From assembly GCA_037138355.1 (NCBI GenBank), contig JBAXIL010000004.1, positions 2,717 to 66,716 on the forward strand: 64,000 bases of DNA. The letters run 5' to 3'. The stretch is from a bacterium (GTDB lineage Bacteria > Oederibacteriota > PGYV01 > Palsa-1178). The notes under the pieces are model-generated. The model was not told where the DNA came from. It worked only from the letters and a program-made list of their open reading frames with translations, and ran no database searches. A program made the translations under genes and the position numbers. Below are positions 49,759 to 60,883 of this stretch, piece by piece. Positions within the stretch are counted from its first letter, which is position 1, and every line of letters begins with the position of its first letter.

Positions 49759-51057
49759 CTACAACTTTCTATTATCTATTATTCGTTTTGCTTTCCCTTC
49801 ACTTCTTGCTATAGATTTTGGCTCTACGAGTTTGACACTAACACCAATTCCCAATACTGATTCAATTTTTTTCTGTATTGTTTTCTCAAGATTTTCAAGA
49901 ACTTTAATCTCATCTGAAAATAATTTTTCATTAACTTCTACTTGCACCTGCATGGTATCCAAACCATGTGACAACCTATCTACTACTATCTGATAATGTG
50001 GCTCTACTCCATCCACACTCATAATTACCATTTCTATTTCAGATGGGAAGACATTCACGCCTCGTATTATGAGCATATCATCCGTTCTTCCTGACAAGCG
50101 CTCCATTCGGGCAAATGTTCTTCCGCATTTGCACTGATCAGGAATCATTCTTGTAATATCTCGTGTCCGATAACGAATCAGAGGTATTCCTTCTTTAGTA
50201 ATCGTCGTAAACACCAGTTCCCCTTTTTGACCCATTGGTACTTGCTGGCAAGTTTCTGGATTTATTATTTCAGGTATGAAATGATCCTCAAAAATATGCA
50301 GACCACTTTTTTCAAGACATTCGCAGGCAACTCCAGGTCCCATAATTTCGGACAAGCCATAAATGTCTAAAGCATCTATTCCCCACAATTTTTCTATATC
50401 ACGCCTCATATTTTCAGACCATGGTTCAGCACCAAAAATACCGGCTTTGAGCTTAATGTCTTTTAATTCAACTCCCATTTCTTTTCTGGTCTCTGCCAAA
50501 TTCAAGGCATAAGAAGGAGTACAAGTCAGTATTGTAGAACCAAAATCCTGCATAATTTTAATTTGTCTTTGGGAATTTCCACCAGAAACAGGTATTACAG
50601 TGGCACCTAACTTCTCTGCCCCATAATGAACCCCCAAACCGCCTGTAAATAATCCATACCCATAAGCATTATGTATTATATCCGTATTAGTTGCTCCAGC
50701 CATGCTCAGACACCGCGCAATAAGGTCTGACCATATATCAATATCGCTTTGCGTGTAGCCTACAACTGTCATTTTTCCAGTTGTCCCTGAAGAAGCATGT
50801 ATGCGAACTAAGTTCTTCATAGGCACAGCAAAAAGCCCATATGGATAATTATCTCTCATGTCATTTTTTGTTGTAAAAGGTAATTTTGATAGGTCATCCA
50901 AGCTTTTTATATCTGTTGGTTTAATGCCTGCTTCATTTAATTTTTTTGTATAAAAAGGCACATTATCATAAGCATGCTTTACAGTCTTAACAAGTCTTTC
51001 TAACTGAAGCTTATGCAATTCTTGTTTAGAAAATGCTTCTTCTTTATGATAAAACAT
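49759..51057 (-). CDS. paaK: Phenylacetate--CoA ligase family adenylate-forming enzyme
   Basis: 432 aa. PaaK family with an AMP-binding SSGTTGK motif. Confidence 0.88.
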   Translation of the reverse strand: MFYHKEEAFSKQELHKLQLERLVKTVKHAYDNVPFYTKKLNEAGIKPTDIKSLDDLSKLPFTTKNDMRDNYPYGLFAVPMKNLVRIHASSGTTGKMTVVGYTQSDIDIWSDLIARCLSMAGATNTDIIHNAYGYGLFTGGLGVHYGAEKLGATVIPVSGGNSQRQIKIMQDFGSTILTCTPSYALNLAETRKEMGVELKDIKLKAGIFGAEPWSENMRRDIEKLWGIDALDIYGLSEIMGPGVACECLEKSGLHIFEDHFIPEIINPETCQQVPMGQKGELVFTTITKEGIPLIRYRTRDITRMIPDQCKCGRTFARMERLSGRTDDMLIIRGVNVFPSEIEMVIMSVDGVEPHYQIVVDRLSHGLDTMQVQVEVNEKLFSDEIKVLENLEKTIQKKIESVLGIGVSVKLVEPKSIARSEGKAKRIIDNRKL

Positions 51058-51637
51058 ATTGCTTCACCATTTCTATTCCCTTATTGAATGCTAACATATT
51101 TTCTTCAGTATATTTTTTAACTCTTTTTAAAAGGGCATGATTAAAATCATCAGCAGTAAAATTATTAAATGCACAAAAGGCCCCTATCATAAAACTGTTT
51201 ACAACCTTTTCATTACCGATTTTTTTTGCTTCTCCAGTTCCATCAAGATAATAAACATTGGAACCATTAAGTGTGGATTTAACATCTGGATATTTCTGTT
51301 TATTAATACTTAAGTTTGCGGGTTTAATTTTAAGAGTATTTATTATTATTTTTGTTTCTTCTTTTATGTGATCCGACCAACGCAGAGCTTCCATTTCTTC
51401 AAAAGAAATTATGAAATCAATATCATTTTTAAATGGTAAAGGTGAAGCCACAGTAGTTCCAAAACGCACAAAGCTTGAAACCACTCCGCCTCGCTGTGAC
51501 ATACCATGAATTTCGGACTTTTTTACATCAAGTCCCCTGGCAAGTGCCATATCTGAAATAATATCAGATGCTGCCACTACACCCTGTCCACCTACGCCAA
51601 CCACTAAAATATTGACTGTTTTCAAATTCACTCCCAT
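51044..51637 (-). CDS. iorB: Indolepyruvate oxidoreductase beta subunit
   Basis: 197 aa. Pyruvate/ketoisovalerate oxidoreductase gamma-like domain with VGVGGQGV. Confidence 0.85.
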   Translation of the reverse strand: MGVNLKTVNILVVGVGGQGVVAASDIISDMALARGLDVKKSEIHGMSQRGGVVSSFVRFGTTVASPLPFKNDIDFIISFEEMEALRWSDHIKEETKIIINTLKIKPANLSINKQKYPDVKSTLNGSNVYYLDGTGEAKKIGNEKVVNSFMIGAFCAFNNFTADDFNHALLKRVKKYTEENMLAFNKGIEMVKQYVLS

Positions 51638-51678
51638 ATAATTTTAGCAGTAAATAATATCACTCACATAATCAAAAG

Positions 51679-52905
51679 TTATCTATATATATGACCTGAT
51701 TCAGCAACTACTATTTTAGTTTTCAGAGCTATCATAAGTTCTTCATTTGTCGGGACAACAAGCACCTTAACTCTTGAAACAACTGAGGATATAACTTTTT
51801 CTTTTTCTTTTGACTTATTTTTTATTTCATCTAATCTAATTCCAAGAAACTTTAGAGGTGCCAATACTTTTGCTCTCACATCTGAAGCATTTTCGCCTAT
51901 CCCACCTGTAAAAACAATGGCATTAAGGCCACCCATAGCAGCTGCATAAGAACCAATATATTTTGTAATTCTGTAACAAAAAATATCTATAGCAAACTGT
52001 GCTCGACTATTACCATTTGCTGCAGCATCTTTTATCTCACGCAAATCATTAGATATTCCCGATATTCCTTTCAAGCCACTTTTCTTATTTAAAAGACTGT
52101 CCATTTCATCTGCGGTCAAATGCTCTTTTTTCATAAGAAAAGTTACTACCGCAGGATCCATATCACCAGTTCTGGTTCCCATAACAAGCCCTTCAAGTGG
52201 TGTTAAACCCATAGAAGTATCAACCGACAGACCATTTTTAACAGCAGTTATGCTGGCTCCATTACCCAAATGACAAGTAATTATCTTCATCTTTTTTATG
52301 TCTTTTTTCAAAAAATCAGCTGCTCTTTGTGACACAAACTCATGTGAAGTGCCATGAAAACCATATTTTCTTATATGATATCTTTCATATAATTCATAAG
52401 GCAGTCCATATATGTATGCTTCTTTTTTCATTGTCTGATGAAAAGCAGTATCAAATACCGCTACCTGTGGCACTCCAGGAAATATGGCTTCACATGCTTC
52501 AATTCCTGAATAATTTGGGGGATTATGAAGTGGAGCGATTTCAAAACAATCCTTAATAACCTCTTTCACACCTTTTGTTATCAATGCTGATTTTGAAAAC
52601 TTTTCTCCTCCATGAACTACCCTATGTCCAACCGCATCAACTTCTATTTTATCTTTAAAAACACCAATTTTGGAATCAAGCAAAATTTTTGTGACCTGAC
52701 CAACTGCTTGCGTATGATCTTTTGCTTCCACTTCTCTGATTACTTCTTCGTCTTTTTTCATATTCTTGCTTTTATATTTACACTTTGATTTATCTTTTCC
52801 TATTTCTTCTATAACACCCTCTGCTATCACGGAGTTTGTCTTCTCCATTTCATATAACTTAAACTTCAAAGAAGAACTTCCACAATTGACTACCATAACC
52901 TTCAT
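51679..52905 (-). CDS. ackA: Acetate kinase
   Basis: 408 aa. VNCGSSSLKFKLY N-terminus. ASKHA superfamily. Confidence 0.9.
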   Translation of the reverse strand: MKVMVVNCGSSSLKFKLYEMEKTNSVIAEGVIEEIGKDKSKCKYKSKNMKKDEEVIREVEAKDHTQAVGQVTKILLDSKIGVFKDKIEVDAVGHRVVHGGEKFSKSALITKGVKEVIKDCFEIAPLHNPPNYSGIEACEAIFPGVPQVAVFDTAFHQTMKKEAYIYGLPYELYERYHIRKYGFHGTSHEFVSQRAADFLKKDIKKMKIITCHLGNGASITAVKNGLSVDTSMGLTPLEGLVMGTRTGDMDPAVVTFLMKKEHLTADEMDSLLNKKSGLKGISGISNDLREIKDAAANGNSRAQFAIDIFCYRITKYIGSYAAAMGGLNAIVFTGGIGENASDVRAKVLAPLKFLGIRLDEIKNKSKEKEKVISSVVSRVKVLVVPTNEELMIALKTKIVVAESGHIYR

Positions 52906-52963
52906 ACAATGCCTCCATTTAATAACTTAATTAATTTTAAAACTTTTTCATAAAAAAGTTATT

Positions 52964-53968
52964 TTATTTTATATTCTGAAATCTAACTACATTTATTGCG
53001 GCCACATTAAGAATATCAATTACCTTACATCCTCGAGATAAATCACTACACGGGTTAAGTGTTCCTTGATATATAGGTCCGTATGCTTCCGCCTTAGCAA
53101 GTCTTTCAGAAAGCTTGTAAGCAATATTGCCAGAATCCAAATCAGGAAATATCAAGACATTGGCCTTGCCTGCGACTTTTGAACCGGGCGCTTTTCTAAC
53201 AGCCACCATAGGAATAAGTGCAGCGTCAGCCTGTAGCTCTCCATCTATATTCATTGAAGGATCTTTTACCTTCGCCAGTGCCAGCGCTCTTATGACTTTA
53301 TCTATACGCTCATGTTTCGCACTGCCTTTAGTAGAAAATGATAGCAAAGCAACATTTGGTTCTTCTCCCATAAGTTCCCTGTATGAATGTCCCGTAGTTA
53401 CAGCAATATCAGCAAGCTGTTCATCTGTCGGATCAATAACAAATCCACAATCAGAATAGAAAAGAACCCCATCTTTTCCGAAAGATTTATCTGGCATAAT
53501 CATTACAAAAAAACTTGAAAGAGTTTTAATATTTGGTTTCATACCGATGAGAAAAATCGCTGCTCGCGAAACATCAGAAGTCGTATTTACCGCCCCAGCC
53601 ACAAACAAATCTGCTACTCCTTTTCTTACCATCATGGCACCATAATATACATCTTTTTTCATAGTCACAAGCGCATCTGCTATCGTTGCCACTTTGCCTT
53701 TTCTTAAATCAAAAAACTCTTTGGCATAAGCATCGATATTTGGCAAATTATCTAAATCAATTATGTCTATACCAGTAAGCATAAATCCTTTATTTGTCGC
53801 TATTTCATTGATTTTTGTAGGATTACCTATTAAAATTGCTTTTGCAACACCTAAAGCTGTAGCATTAACGGCTGCTTCAACTGTTCTTTCGTCATTTCCT
53901 TCTGGAAATACGACTCTTTTTGGGGATTTTTTGGCCTTTTCATAAACCATTTCCATAAATGTGGACAT
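52964..53968 (-). CDS. pta: Phosphate acetyltransferase
   Basis: 334 aa Pta/Ptb family. Located upstream of ackA. Confidence 0.85.
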   Translation of the reverse strand: MSTFMEMVYEKAKKSPKRVVFPEGNDERTVEAAVNATALGVAKAILIGNPTKINEIATNKGFMLTGIDIIDLDNLPNIDAYAKEFFDLRKGKVATIADALVTMKKDVYYGAMMVRKGVADLFVAGAVNTTSDVSRAAIFLIGMKPNIKTLSSFFVMIMPDKSFGKDGVLFYSDCGFVIDPTDEQLADIAVTTGHSYRELMGEEPNVALLSFSTKGSAKHERIDKVIRALALAKVKDPSMNIDGELQADAALIPMVAVRKAPGSKVAGKANVLIFPDLDSGNIAYKLSERLAKAEAYGPIYQGTLNPCSDLSRGCKVIDILNVAAINVVRFQNIK

Positions 53969-54016
53969 TGATAAAACTCCAATCTATAATAGGGTTTTTA
54001 AGAACATAACTTTTTA

Positions 54017-54044
54017 ATTATATGCCTTAAAAGAGGTTTTGTAA
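54017..54044 (-). promoter_or_regulatory. Putative sigma70 promoter of the pta-ackA operon
   Basis: On the minus strand: TTACAA (plus 54039-54044), 16-nt spacer, TATAAT (plus 54017-54022). A perfect 14-bp palindrome GCAATAATTATTGC lies at 54082-54095, just upstream. Confidence 0.4.
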
Positions 54045-54129
54045 AGAAAAATCATAATTACAACTATTTTGGTGTGTTTGAGCAATAATTATTGCCAAAT
54101 GAATGTATTACATTAACAAGAATTAAAAC

Positions 54130-55110
54130 TTACCCCTGTCCAAGATATTTTTCACCTTGTAAAAGATAGTTTTTTACATAATCATCCACGCCTTCTTCCA
54201 GCGTATATAATTTTTTCTTATAAGTGGTAAACATTTTATTCATTTTTGCCTCAGTAAAATACTGATATTTATCTCGTATAGTTACAGGCATATCTATATA
54301 TTCAATTTTTGGTTTTAAATCCAAGGCCTTAAAAACTGCAGTAGCAAGACTGTTCCATGATCTGGCCTTACCAGTTCCACAATTATATATACCCTTCAAT
54401 CCTGTTTCAAAAGCATGAAGTGTTATGTTCACCGCATCTTTCACATATATAAAATCTCTTTGTTGTTCCCCATTTGCATACGCTTTATTATATGATTTAA
54501 AAAGTTTGAGCTTGCCTGTTGCTTTTATTTGTCCAAAAGCTTTATGAACCACGCTGCGCATATCATCCTTGTGATATTCATTTGGGCCATAAACATTAGT
54601 AAATTTTAAACCAGCCATATTTTCAAGCATTCCTTTTTTATATGCCCATATATCAAATAAATGCTTTGAATAACCATAGGCATTTAGTGGCTGTAGAGTA
54701 GCCAGTGTTTCATGGGAATCATTAAAACCTTTTGTGCCATCACCATAAGTAGCTGCAGACGACGCGTAAACAAATTTCTTTGAATTTCTAACGCACCACT
54801 TAGCAAGTAATTGTGTATATTTATAGTTATTATCAATTAAAAACGATGCATCTTTTTCAGTTGTAGAGCTACAAGCTCCCATATGTATTATGCCTTCAAC
54901 TGATGTTTTAAGCAAAACATCATCAAAAAGTATTCTTTTTAAAAGAACTTCTTTTTCTTCATAGTCATCAAATTTTAAATTTACAAGATTTTTCCACTTT
55001 TCATCTGTTTTAAGCGAATCCACACAAAGAATATCAGTTATTCCTCTGCTATTTAACTCGCTGACTATAGCGCTGCCAATAAAACCTGAAGCTCCAGTGA
55101 CTATTATCAT
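54130..55110 (-). CDS. hldD: ADP-L-glycero-D-manno-heptose 6-epimerase
   Basis: 326 aa. NAD-binding MIIVTGASGFIGS and an HldD/RfaD-like HMGACSSTTE motif. Confidence 0.85.
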   Translation of the reverse strand: MIIVTGASGFIGSAIVSELNSRGITDILCVDSLKTDEKWKNLVNLKFDDYEEKEVLLKRILFDDVLLKTSVEGIIHMGACSSTTEKDASFLIDNNYKYTQLLAKWCVRNSKKFVYASSAATYGDGTKGFNDSHETLATLQPLNAYGYSKHLFDIWAYKKGMLENMAGLKFTNVYGPNEYHKDDMRSVVHKAFGQIKATGKLKLFKSYNKAYANGEQQRDFIYVKDAVNITLHAFETGLKGIYNCGTGKARSWNSLATAVFKALDLKPKIEYIDMPVTIRDKYQYFTEAKMNKMFTTYKKKLYTLEEGVDDYVKNYLLQGEKYLGQG

Positions 55111-56600
55111 ACTTCCTCCCTTACATCTATTTTTTTATATTCTCCAATTTTAATTGTAATCTTTTTTCCATATTTCTGCTCATATTCTCTAAGCTTATCT
55201 TTATATTCTTTCTCAATTAATTTCTTTACATGTTCTGGCATAATAACCAAAACATTTCTATGTTGTAACTTTCTACATTCATATTTTATCTTTTTTAAAT
55301 GGTTCAAGCAAACACTTTCTTCATTTAAAACTCTTCCCCTTCCCAAACATTTTGGGCACTCCATAAAACTCATATCATCTATTCTTTTAGCATCTCTTTT
55401 TCTGGAAATCTCCATAAGACCATATTCGCTTATCTGTAATGTCTTAAAATAGACCTTAGATTTTGCAAGCTCTTCATCCATTACTGTCTTTACCTTATCT
55501 CTGTTGTCGGAGGAAATCATGTCTATAAAATCAACAACAATTAGTCCACCTATATTTCTTATAATTATCTGTCTGGCAACCTCTTTGGCAGCATTTATAT
55601 TGAGATTAAGTAGGCTATTTTCCACATCGTCAGTTCCTTTAAACTTGCCTGAGTTTATATCAATAACCGTTAATGCCTCAGTTACATCTATTTTAATATA
55701 ACCACCTTTTTTAAATGAAACAATGTTATTGTATATACCTTCTGTTTGGCTTGCAATTTTATAATACTCAAAGATATTTTCAGCCCCACTATATAATTTA
55801 ACCTGCGCTGCTTTTTTGCTTGTTTCTTCCATATAGATTTTCACTGCGTCATGCACTTTGGGATCATCTGCAATAATTTCAGCAACATTTATATCTACAT
55901 GTTCTCTTAAAACCTTTATAGCAATATCTTGTTCCTTATACAACAATCTTGGACTTTTGAACTTTTTATATTCTTCCCTAATACGTTTCCATTCTGCGTA
56001 ATAATATCTAATTTCTTTTTCAAGCTCTTCTGTCGGAACGCCTTCGGCATTAGTCCTCACTATTATTCCAAAATCTTCATCAAAAGAATCCTTCACCGAA
56101 CGGATAATTTTTTTCAGACGGTCGCGTTCGTGTTCGTCTTGAATGCGTTTGGAAATACCTGTATGTTTCATAAATGGAGCAAATACAATATGCTGACCAG
56201 GAAGCGTAATATCCGTAGTTAATCTCGCCCCTTTTGTATTATAAGGCTCTTTAATAACCTGAACCATGATTTCCTGACCTTTTTTATATAGACCGCTGAT
56301 TGTATCGTTTTGTTTCCCTTTTTTATCTTTTTCACTTATTTCCGAAACACTAACTGAACGAGTTACATCTTCTCCTAAAAAATCAAAATATTCTTTTTCA
56401 GACAAAAAGGCTGGTTTAGAATCGCCAATTTCAACAAAAACAAAATTCATATTAGCCACTATTTTTGAAATCTTTCCTTTATAAACATTTCCATTTTGAG
56501 CATAAAGGTTTTTTTCTGTAAAATAATTACAGAGCTTACCTTCTTCTGCTATTGCAACATTTGTGTCAAAATCTTCCGTATTAATGTATATACTTTTCAT
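55107..56600 (-). CDS. rng: Ribonuclease G (RNase E/G family)
   Basis: 497 aa. S1 domain plus the RNase E/G catalytic core. Located after rodA, as in mre-rng clusters. Confidence 0.85.
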   Translation of the reverse strand: MKSIYINTEDFDTNVAIAEEGKLCNYFTEKNLYAQNGNVYKGKISKIVANMNFVFVEIGDSKPAFLSEKEYFDFLGEDVTRSVSVSEISEKDKKGKQNDTISGLYKKGQEIMVQVIKEPYNTKGARLTTDITLPGQHIVFAPFMKHTGISKRIQDEHERDRLKKIIRSVKDSFDEDFGIIVRTNAEGVPTEELEKEIRYYYAEWKRIREEYKKFKSPRLLYKEQDIAIKVLREHVDINVAEIIADDPKVHDAVKIYMEETSKKAAQVKLYSGAENIFEYYKIASQTEGIYNNIVSFKKGGYIKIDVTEALTVIDINSGKFKGTDDVENSLLNLNINAAKEVARQIIIRNIGGLIVVDFIDMISSDNRDKVKTVMDEELAKSKVYFKTLQISEYGLMEISRKRDAKRIDDMSFMECPKCLGRGRVLNEESVCLNHLKKIKYECRKLQHRNVLVIMPEHVKKLIEKEYKDKLREYEQKYGKKITIKIGEYKKIDVREEV

Positions 56601-56601
56601 A

Positions 56602-57717
56602 TTACTCCTCTACTTTTATGTATTCTCTATGTATGTTTTGGAGTATTCCCAAAATCATCATTACAACTATAACAGACGAACCACCATAACTTAATAATGG
56701 CAAGGTTATTCCAGTTACTGGCATTATACCTATGTTCATACCTATATTAATAAATATCTGCAAAAAAAGTACCCCAGTTAAAGCACTTCCAAGCATTTTA
56801 CCTGCATTAAATCTGCATAATTTTACTATTTTTAGACCTTCCATAATAACAAAATAGTATATAAGCAATACCAGCAAGCTACCTACGAGTCCAAATTCTT
56901 CAGCAATAACTGCAAAAATAAAATCTGTGTACTTAATTGGAATGAAATTCAACTGACTTTGAGTACCTTGCGCCCAACCTTTACCAATCAATTTACCAGA
57001 ACCCACTGCTATCTGTGACTGTATTACATTATAACCAGAACCTAAAGCATCACTCTGCGGATTGATAAAAACCTGAATGCGCTGCTTTTGATAATCATGT
57101 AAAAACATATATCCCACAGGGGCAATCAATACAAGCGCCAAAATCATTATCAGCAACTTATTTCTTGGAATATTTCCCATAAAGAGAACAACGAAAATGA
57201 TTGGTAGCAATAATAATGATGTACCTAAGTCGGGTTGTTTAAATATAAAACCTATGGGCACTGCCACGAGAAAAATAAGTTTTAATATATTGGTCCAAGA
57301 GAAGCTATCTCTTGTTGAAATTAACAAAAATCTTATCATTACCAAAGGTACAACAATTTTCATAAATTCACTTGGTTGAAACTGAAAAGTTCCAAGTTTC
57401 AGCCATCGCGTTGCTCCAAGACTGGTATGACCAAAAAACAATACACAAAGCAAAAGGACCATAAAGAAAGCATAGAAATAATTTGAGAGATTAATCAAAC
57501 TATTATAATTTGTGTTTGCAAAAGTCAACATTACTATTATACCCACAACATACCACACTAATTGCTTTTCAAAAAACGGATTGCCTGAGGTTCCTGTCGC
57601 ACTATAAACAGCGGCAGCACCTACAATCATAAGTAACAAAGTACACACCAACAATACAGGATTCATATGCTTGTAATATTCTCTAATGGTATTAGCAAAA
57701 GGTATTTTTAGTCTCAT
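56602..57717 (-). CDS. rodA: Peptidoglycan glycosyltransferase RodA (SEDS family)
   Basis: 371 aa. FtsW/RodA/SpoVE family, adjacent to mrdA. Confidence 0.88.
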   Translation of the reverse strand: MRLKIPFANTIREYYKHMNPVLLVCTLLLMIVGAAAVYSATGTSGNPFFEKQLVWYVVGIIVMLTFANTNYNSLINLSNYFYAFFMVLLLCVLFFGHTSLGATRWLKLGTFQFQPSEFMKIVVPLVMIRFLLISTRDSFSWTNILKLIFLVAVPIGFIFKQPDLGTSLLLLPIIFVVLFMGNIPRNKLLIMILALVLIAPVGYMFLHDYQKQRIQVFINPQSDALGSGYNVIQSQIAVGSGKLIGKGWAQGTQSQLNFIPIKYTDFIFAVIAEEFGLVGSLLVLLIYYFVIMEGLKIVKLCRFNAGKMLGSALTGVLFLQIFINIGMNIGIMPVTGITLPLLSYGGSSVIVVMMILGILQNIHREYIKVEE

Positions 57718-59531
57718 TTTCCCCTCAATGTTTTAAAATAGTATTGAAAAACCTCTTTGGCTAAAGGCACGGCGACTTCTCCACCTCCGCCTCCAAATTC
57801 TACAAGTACATAAACAACAATCTCAGGATTCTCTACTGGGGCATACCCAGCAAACATAGCGTGATTGTCACCGTGAATATTTTGCACTGTGGAAGTCTTA
57901 CCTGCTATAGAAAGACCTGGAATTCTAACTTTTTGTGCGGTTCCATGTCCCGACATTACAGCAAGCTTTAAGGCAGTATGCATAGTATCTATAACCTCTG
58001 GTTTCACAGCTAATTCAAAAAGTTTTTTTGGCTTATATTCGCTATCTATTTCCCTACCCTGTAGAGTAATAGCTTTCATTAAGTGTGGAACCATTGTGTA
58101 GCCACTGTTAGCCATAACCGTCATTAAATTCATAATCTGAAGTGGCGTACCGATAATATAACCCTGTCCGATTGACATCATAACAGTATTTCCAGGAAAC
58201 CACTGGGAACGGTCAACTCTTTGTTTCCATTCCCTACTTGGAACTAAACCTGCCTTCTCTCCTGGGATATCTATTCCTGTCTTTTCACCAAAGCCGAACA
58301 TGGAAGCATATTTACTTAATAGTTCTACTTTCATTTTAAGACCTGTTTTATAAAAGAATATATCACACGATTCCGCAATAGCATGATAAAAATTAACGAT
58401 GCCGTGTCCAGCCCGCTTCCAGCATTTATAAGGCCAAGTTTTTATCCAGTATATACCCTCACAATAAACCGAGTCTTTTGTTGTAATAATTTTTTCATTT
58501 AAAGCTCCAGTGCCTACTGCTATTTTAAAGATAGAACCTGGAGAATATAAACCCTGAACCGCTCTATTGTTTAAAGGATTTGCTTTATTGCGTATTAGTT
58601 TTTTCCACTCGCGCACATCTATATTTCCTGAAAAATAATTCAAATTGTAATCAGGTTTTGAAGCCATAGCTAAAATTTCACCAGTCTTTGGAACCTGTAC
58701 TATTATTACTCCCTTATACTGATACTTATCTAACAAGTTTTCTGCAAAATTTTGAATTCGATAATCTATGGTCATTACCAAATTTTTACCCTGTTTAGGT
58801 GGATTTGTAGCAACTACTTTTTTCTGTCGACCGTGAGCATCTGTCAAAATAAGTAAAGCACCGTCTTCCCCTCGGAGTGTTTCATCATAATAGTTTTCAA
58901 TACCCGTTTGTCCTATCATGTCGCCCATAGACCTGATTTTATTATATTTAGTAAACTTTATCTGTTCATCAGTTACTTCTCCTACATAACCAATAATATG
59001 CGAAGCAGAATTATTTTGATTGTAGTAGCGAATTGGTTCTTGCGAAACATCTATCCCGCTTATAGTTATCTTTTTTTCTTGCAACATTGACAGTTCTCTT
59101 TCAGAAATATTCTTTTTTATTTTCACGGGACTCAAGAGATATTGTGCAGCGGTGCCACCTTTGGTTAATTTTGTATTTATTTCTTCAGGTGTCATATCTA
59201 TAATAGAAGCTATAGAATTTAATGCTTTTTGTCTGTCTGGATTTTGTCCAAAGTTTATCGGGATTAAGCTAAAAGTATTAGAAGTTTTATTAATTACAAG
59301 CGGGGTATAATTTCTGTCATATATATAGCCACGCGGAGCAGTAATTTTAATTACGCTGATACAGTTTTGATCAGACAATTCTTTATAATAAGAACCCTTA
59401 ATTACCTGCAAGTATACCACTTTTAGAAGAAGCAAAAACATGAGTATTGATACAATCCAAACAAGCATATTAACTCTGACTAAGCTCTTATATACTCCTT
59501 TTATCTTATCGGCGACATTGTTTTGAGCCAT
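57714..59531 (-). CDS. mrdA: Penicillin-binding protein 2 (elongasome transpeptidase)
   Basis: 605 aa. N-terminal TM, PBP dimerisation domain, and transpeptidase SxxK/SxN/KTG motifs. Confidence 0.9.
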   Translation of the reverse strand: MAQNNVADKIKGVYKSLVRVNMLVWIVSILMFLLLLKVVYLQVIKGSYYKELSDQNCISVIKITAPRGYIYDRNYTPLVINKTSNTFSLIPINFGQNPDRQKALNSIASIIDMTPEEINTKLTKGGTAAQYLLSPVKIKKNISERELSMLQEKKITISGIDVSQEPIRYYNQNNSASHIIGYVGEVTDEQIKFTKYNKIRSMGDMIGQTGIENYYDETLRGEDGALLILTDAHGRQKKVVATNPPKQGKNLVMTIDYRIQNFAENLLDKYQYKGVIIVQVPKTGEILAMASKPDYNLNYFSGNIDVREWKKLIRNKANPLNNRAVQGLYSPGSIFKIAVGTGALNEKIITTKDSVYCEGIYWIKTWPYKCWKRAGHGIVNFYHAIAESCDIFFYKTGLKMKVELLSKYASMFGFGEKTGIDIPGEKAGLVPSREWKQRVDRSQWFPGNTVMMSIGQGYIIGTPLQIMNLMTVMANSGYTMVPHLMKAITLQGREIDSEYKPKKLFELAVKPEVIDTMHTALKLAVMSGHGTAQKVRIPGLSIAGKTSTVQNIHGDNHAMFAGYAPVENPEIVVYVLVEFGGGGGEVAVPLAKEVFQYYFKTLRGK

Positions 59532-60022
59532 GAACCTATCCTTTTATAATCAAACTCCATTATTTTCATTATAATTGTTCCCATTACCACAGTCGTGATA
59601 ATTTTCCAAAGAATTATAAAAGACGGAAAGACAAACTTAGTCATAGAGGTATATATTGTAAAGACAAGCAAGGCATAAGTAATTTGTTTAATTACCTCAG
59701 CCACCGCCAAAATAATGATTTTTGTTGAAAAGCTATCACTATATAAACTCAAACACATTATTCTACAAGCAATTAAAGCAGACATTTTTGAAGTTAAGGA
59801 GAACCCTATAAATGGCAAAAGAAAAGCATCGTGAATTAAGGCAGCAATAACTGTAAATATAAACGAGGTATAGACCTTGCCGTTTATCATCAAAATAACA
59901 CCGGCTATCATTGCGAGATCTATATAATGGAAGTGCCTGTTAATGGCATATGCAGAGTTATCATAAAGAATAACTAAAACCAACATTAGCCAGGTAAATA
60001 AACTTTTTGCGATAAATACCAC
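59501..60022 (-). CDS. mreD: Rod shape-determining protein MreD
   Basis: 173 aa polytopic membrane protein. Positioned after mreC. Confidence 0.75.
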   Translation of the reverse strand: MVFIAKSLFTWLMLVLVILYDNSAYAINRHFHYIDLAMIAGVILMINGKVYTSFIFTVIAALIHDAFLLPFIGFSLTSKMSALIACRIMCLSLYSDSFSTKIIILAVAEVIKQITYALLVFTIYTSMTKFVFPSFIILWKIITTVVMGTIIMKIMEFDYKRIGSWLKTMSPIR

Positions 60023-60084
60023 CTCTTCGCTTAATTGACACGCATAATTTTCAGCGTTATATTTTAGCCATTATGGCTTAACAA

Positions 60085-60879
60085 TCATCTTTTTCTTACT
60101 ACAAGTACCTCTTCAACTTTCATCATATTTACCGATGGGATTACTTTTACTACCATGGAAAGACTGTCTACCTTTTTATTTACATCTGTTATAGTTCCTA
60201 TATTAACTCCCTCAGGAAAAGACCTGCCTAAACCTGAAGTCACTATAAGATCGCCTTCTGTCATATCTTCTTCTCTTGGAATAAAGTTAATAGAACATTT
60301 ATTGTAATTAACGCCAGACAATACTCCAGACACCCTGCTTCTCTCGTTTCTTACAGAAACAGCACTTTTAGCATCTGTTATCAGTTGAACCATAGCAGTC
60401 GTATCAGTCATATTGAACACTCTACCCACAGCGCCCTCATGAGTGATGACTCCATCGCCGTCAGAAATACCATCTTTTGAGCCGTGATCTATTATATAAT
60501 ATGCTATAAAACCATCATCATTTGCCCCTATTACTGAAGCATAACATATAACCGAACCTCTAAAATCGTGATAAGATCTTAGCGTAGCTGTTCTTTTTAA
60601 TTTTTCATTTTCAGCTTTAATAATTTTGATATCCGTTTCAAGCAGCATATTGTCATCAATTAATGTTTTAATTTCTTTTTTTTCCGACGGAGTGTATTTC
60701 AATGATTTTACTTTGTCACCTGCAGAAAAAGCAATAGCGGCCACATTTTTCTGGCCGCTTCTCACTGTTGTAGAAAGAGTATGTAGAGTACTTTTTTTTA
60801 ATAATAAAAATAATCCCACAAATAATAATATTACTGCTACAAGATATATTATGTTTTTAGATACTTTTGTTCTTTTCAT
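60085..60879 (-). CDS. mreC: Rod shape-determining protein MreC
   Basis: 264 aa. N-terminal TM, coiled coil, and a beta-rich MreC domain. Confidence 0.85.
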   Translation of the reverse strand: MKRTKVSKNIIYLVAVILLFVGLFLLLKKSTLHTLSTTVRSGQKNVAAIAFSAGDKVKSLKYTPSEKKEIKTLIDDNMLLETDIKIIKAENEKLKRTATLRSYHDFRGSVICYASVIGANDDGFIAYYIIDHGSKDGISDGDGVITHEGAVGRVFNMTDTTAMVQLITDAKSAVSVRNERSRVSGVLSGVNYNKCSINFIPREEDMTEGDLIVTSGLGRSFPEGVNIGTITDVNKKVDSLSMVVKVIPSVNMMKVEEVLVVRKR

Positions 60880-60883
60880 AAAA

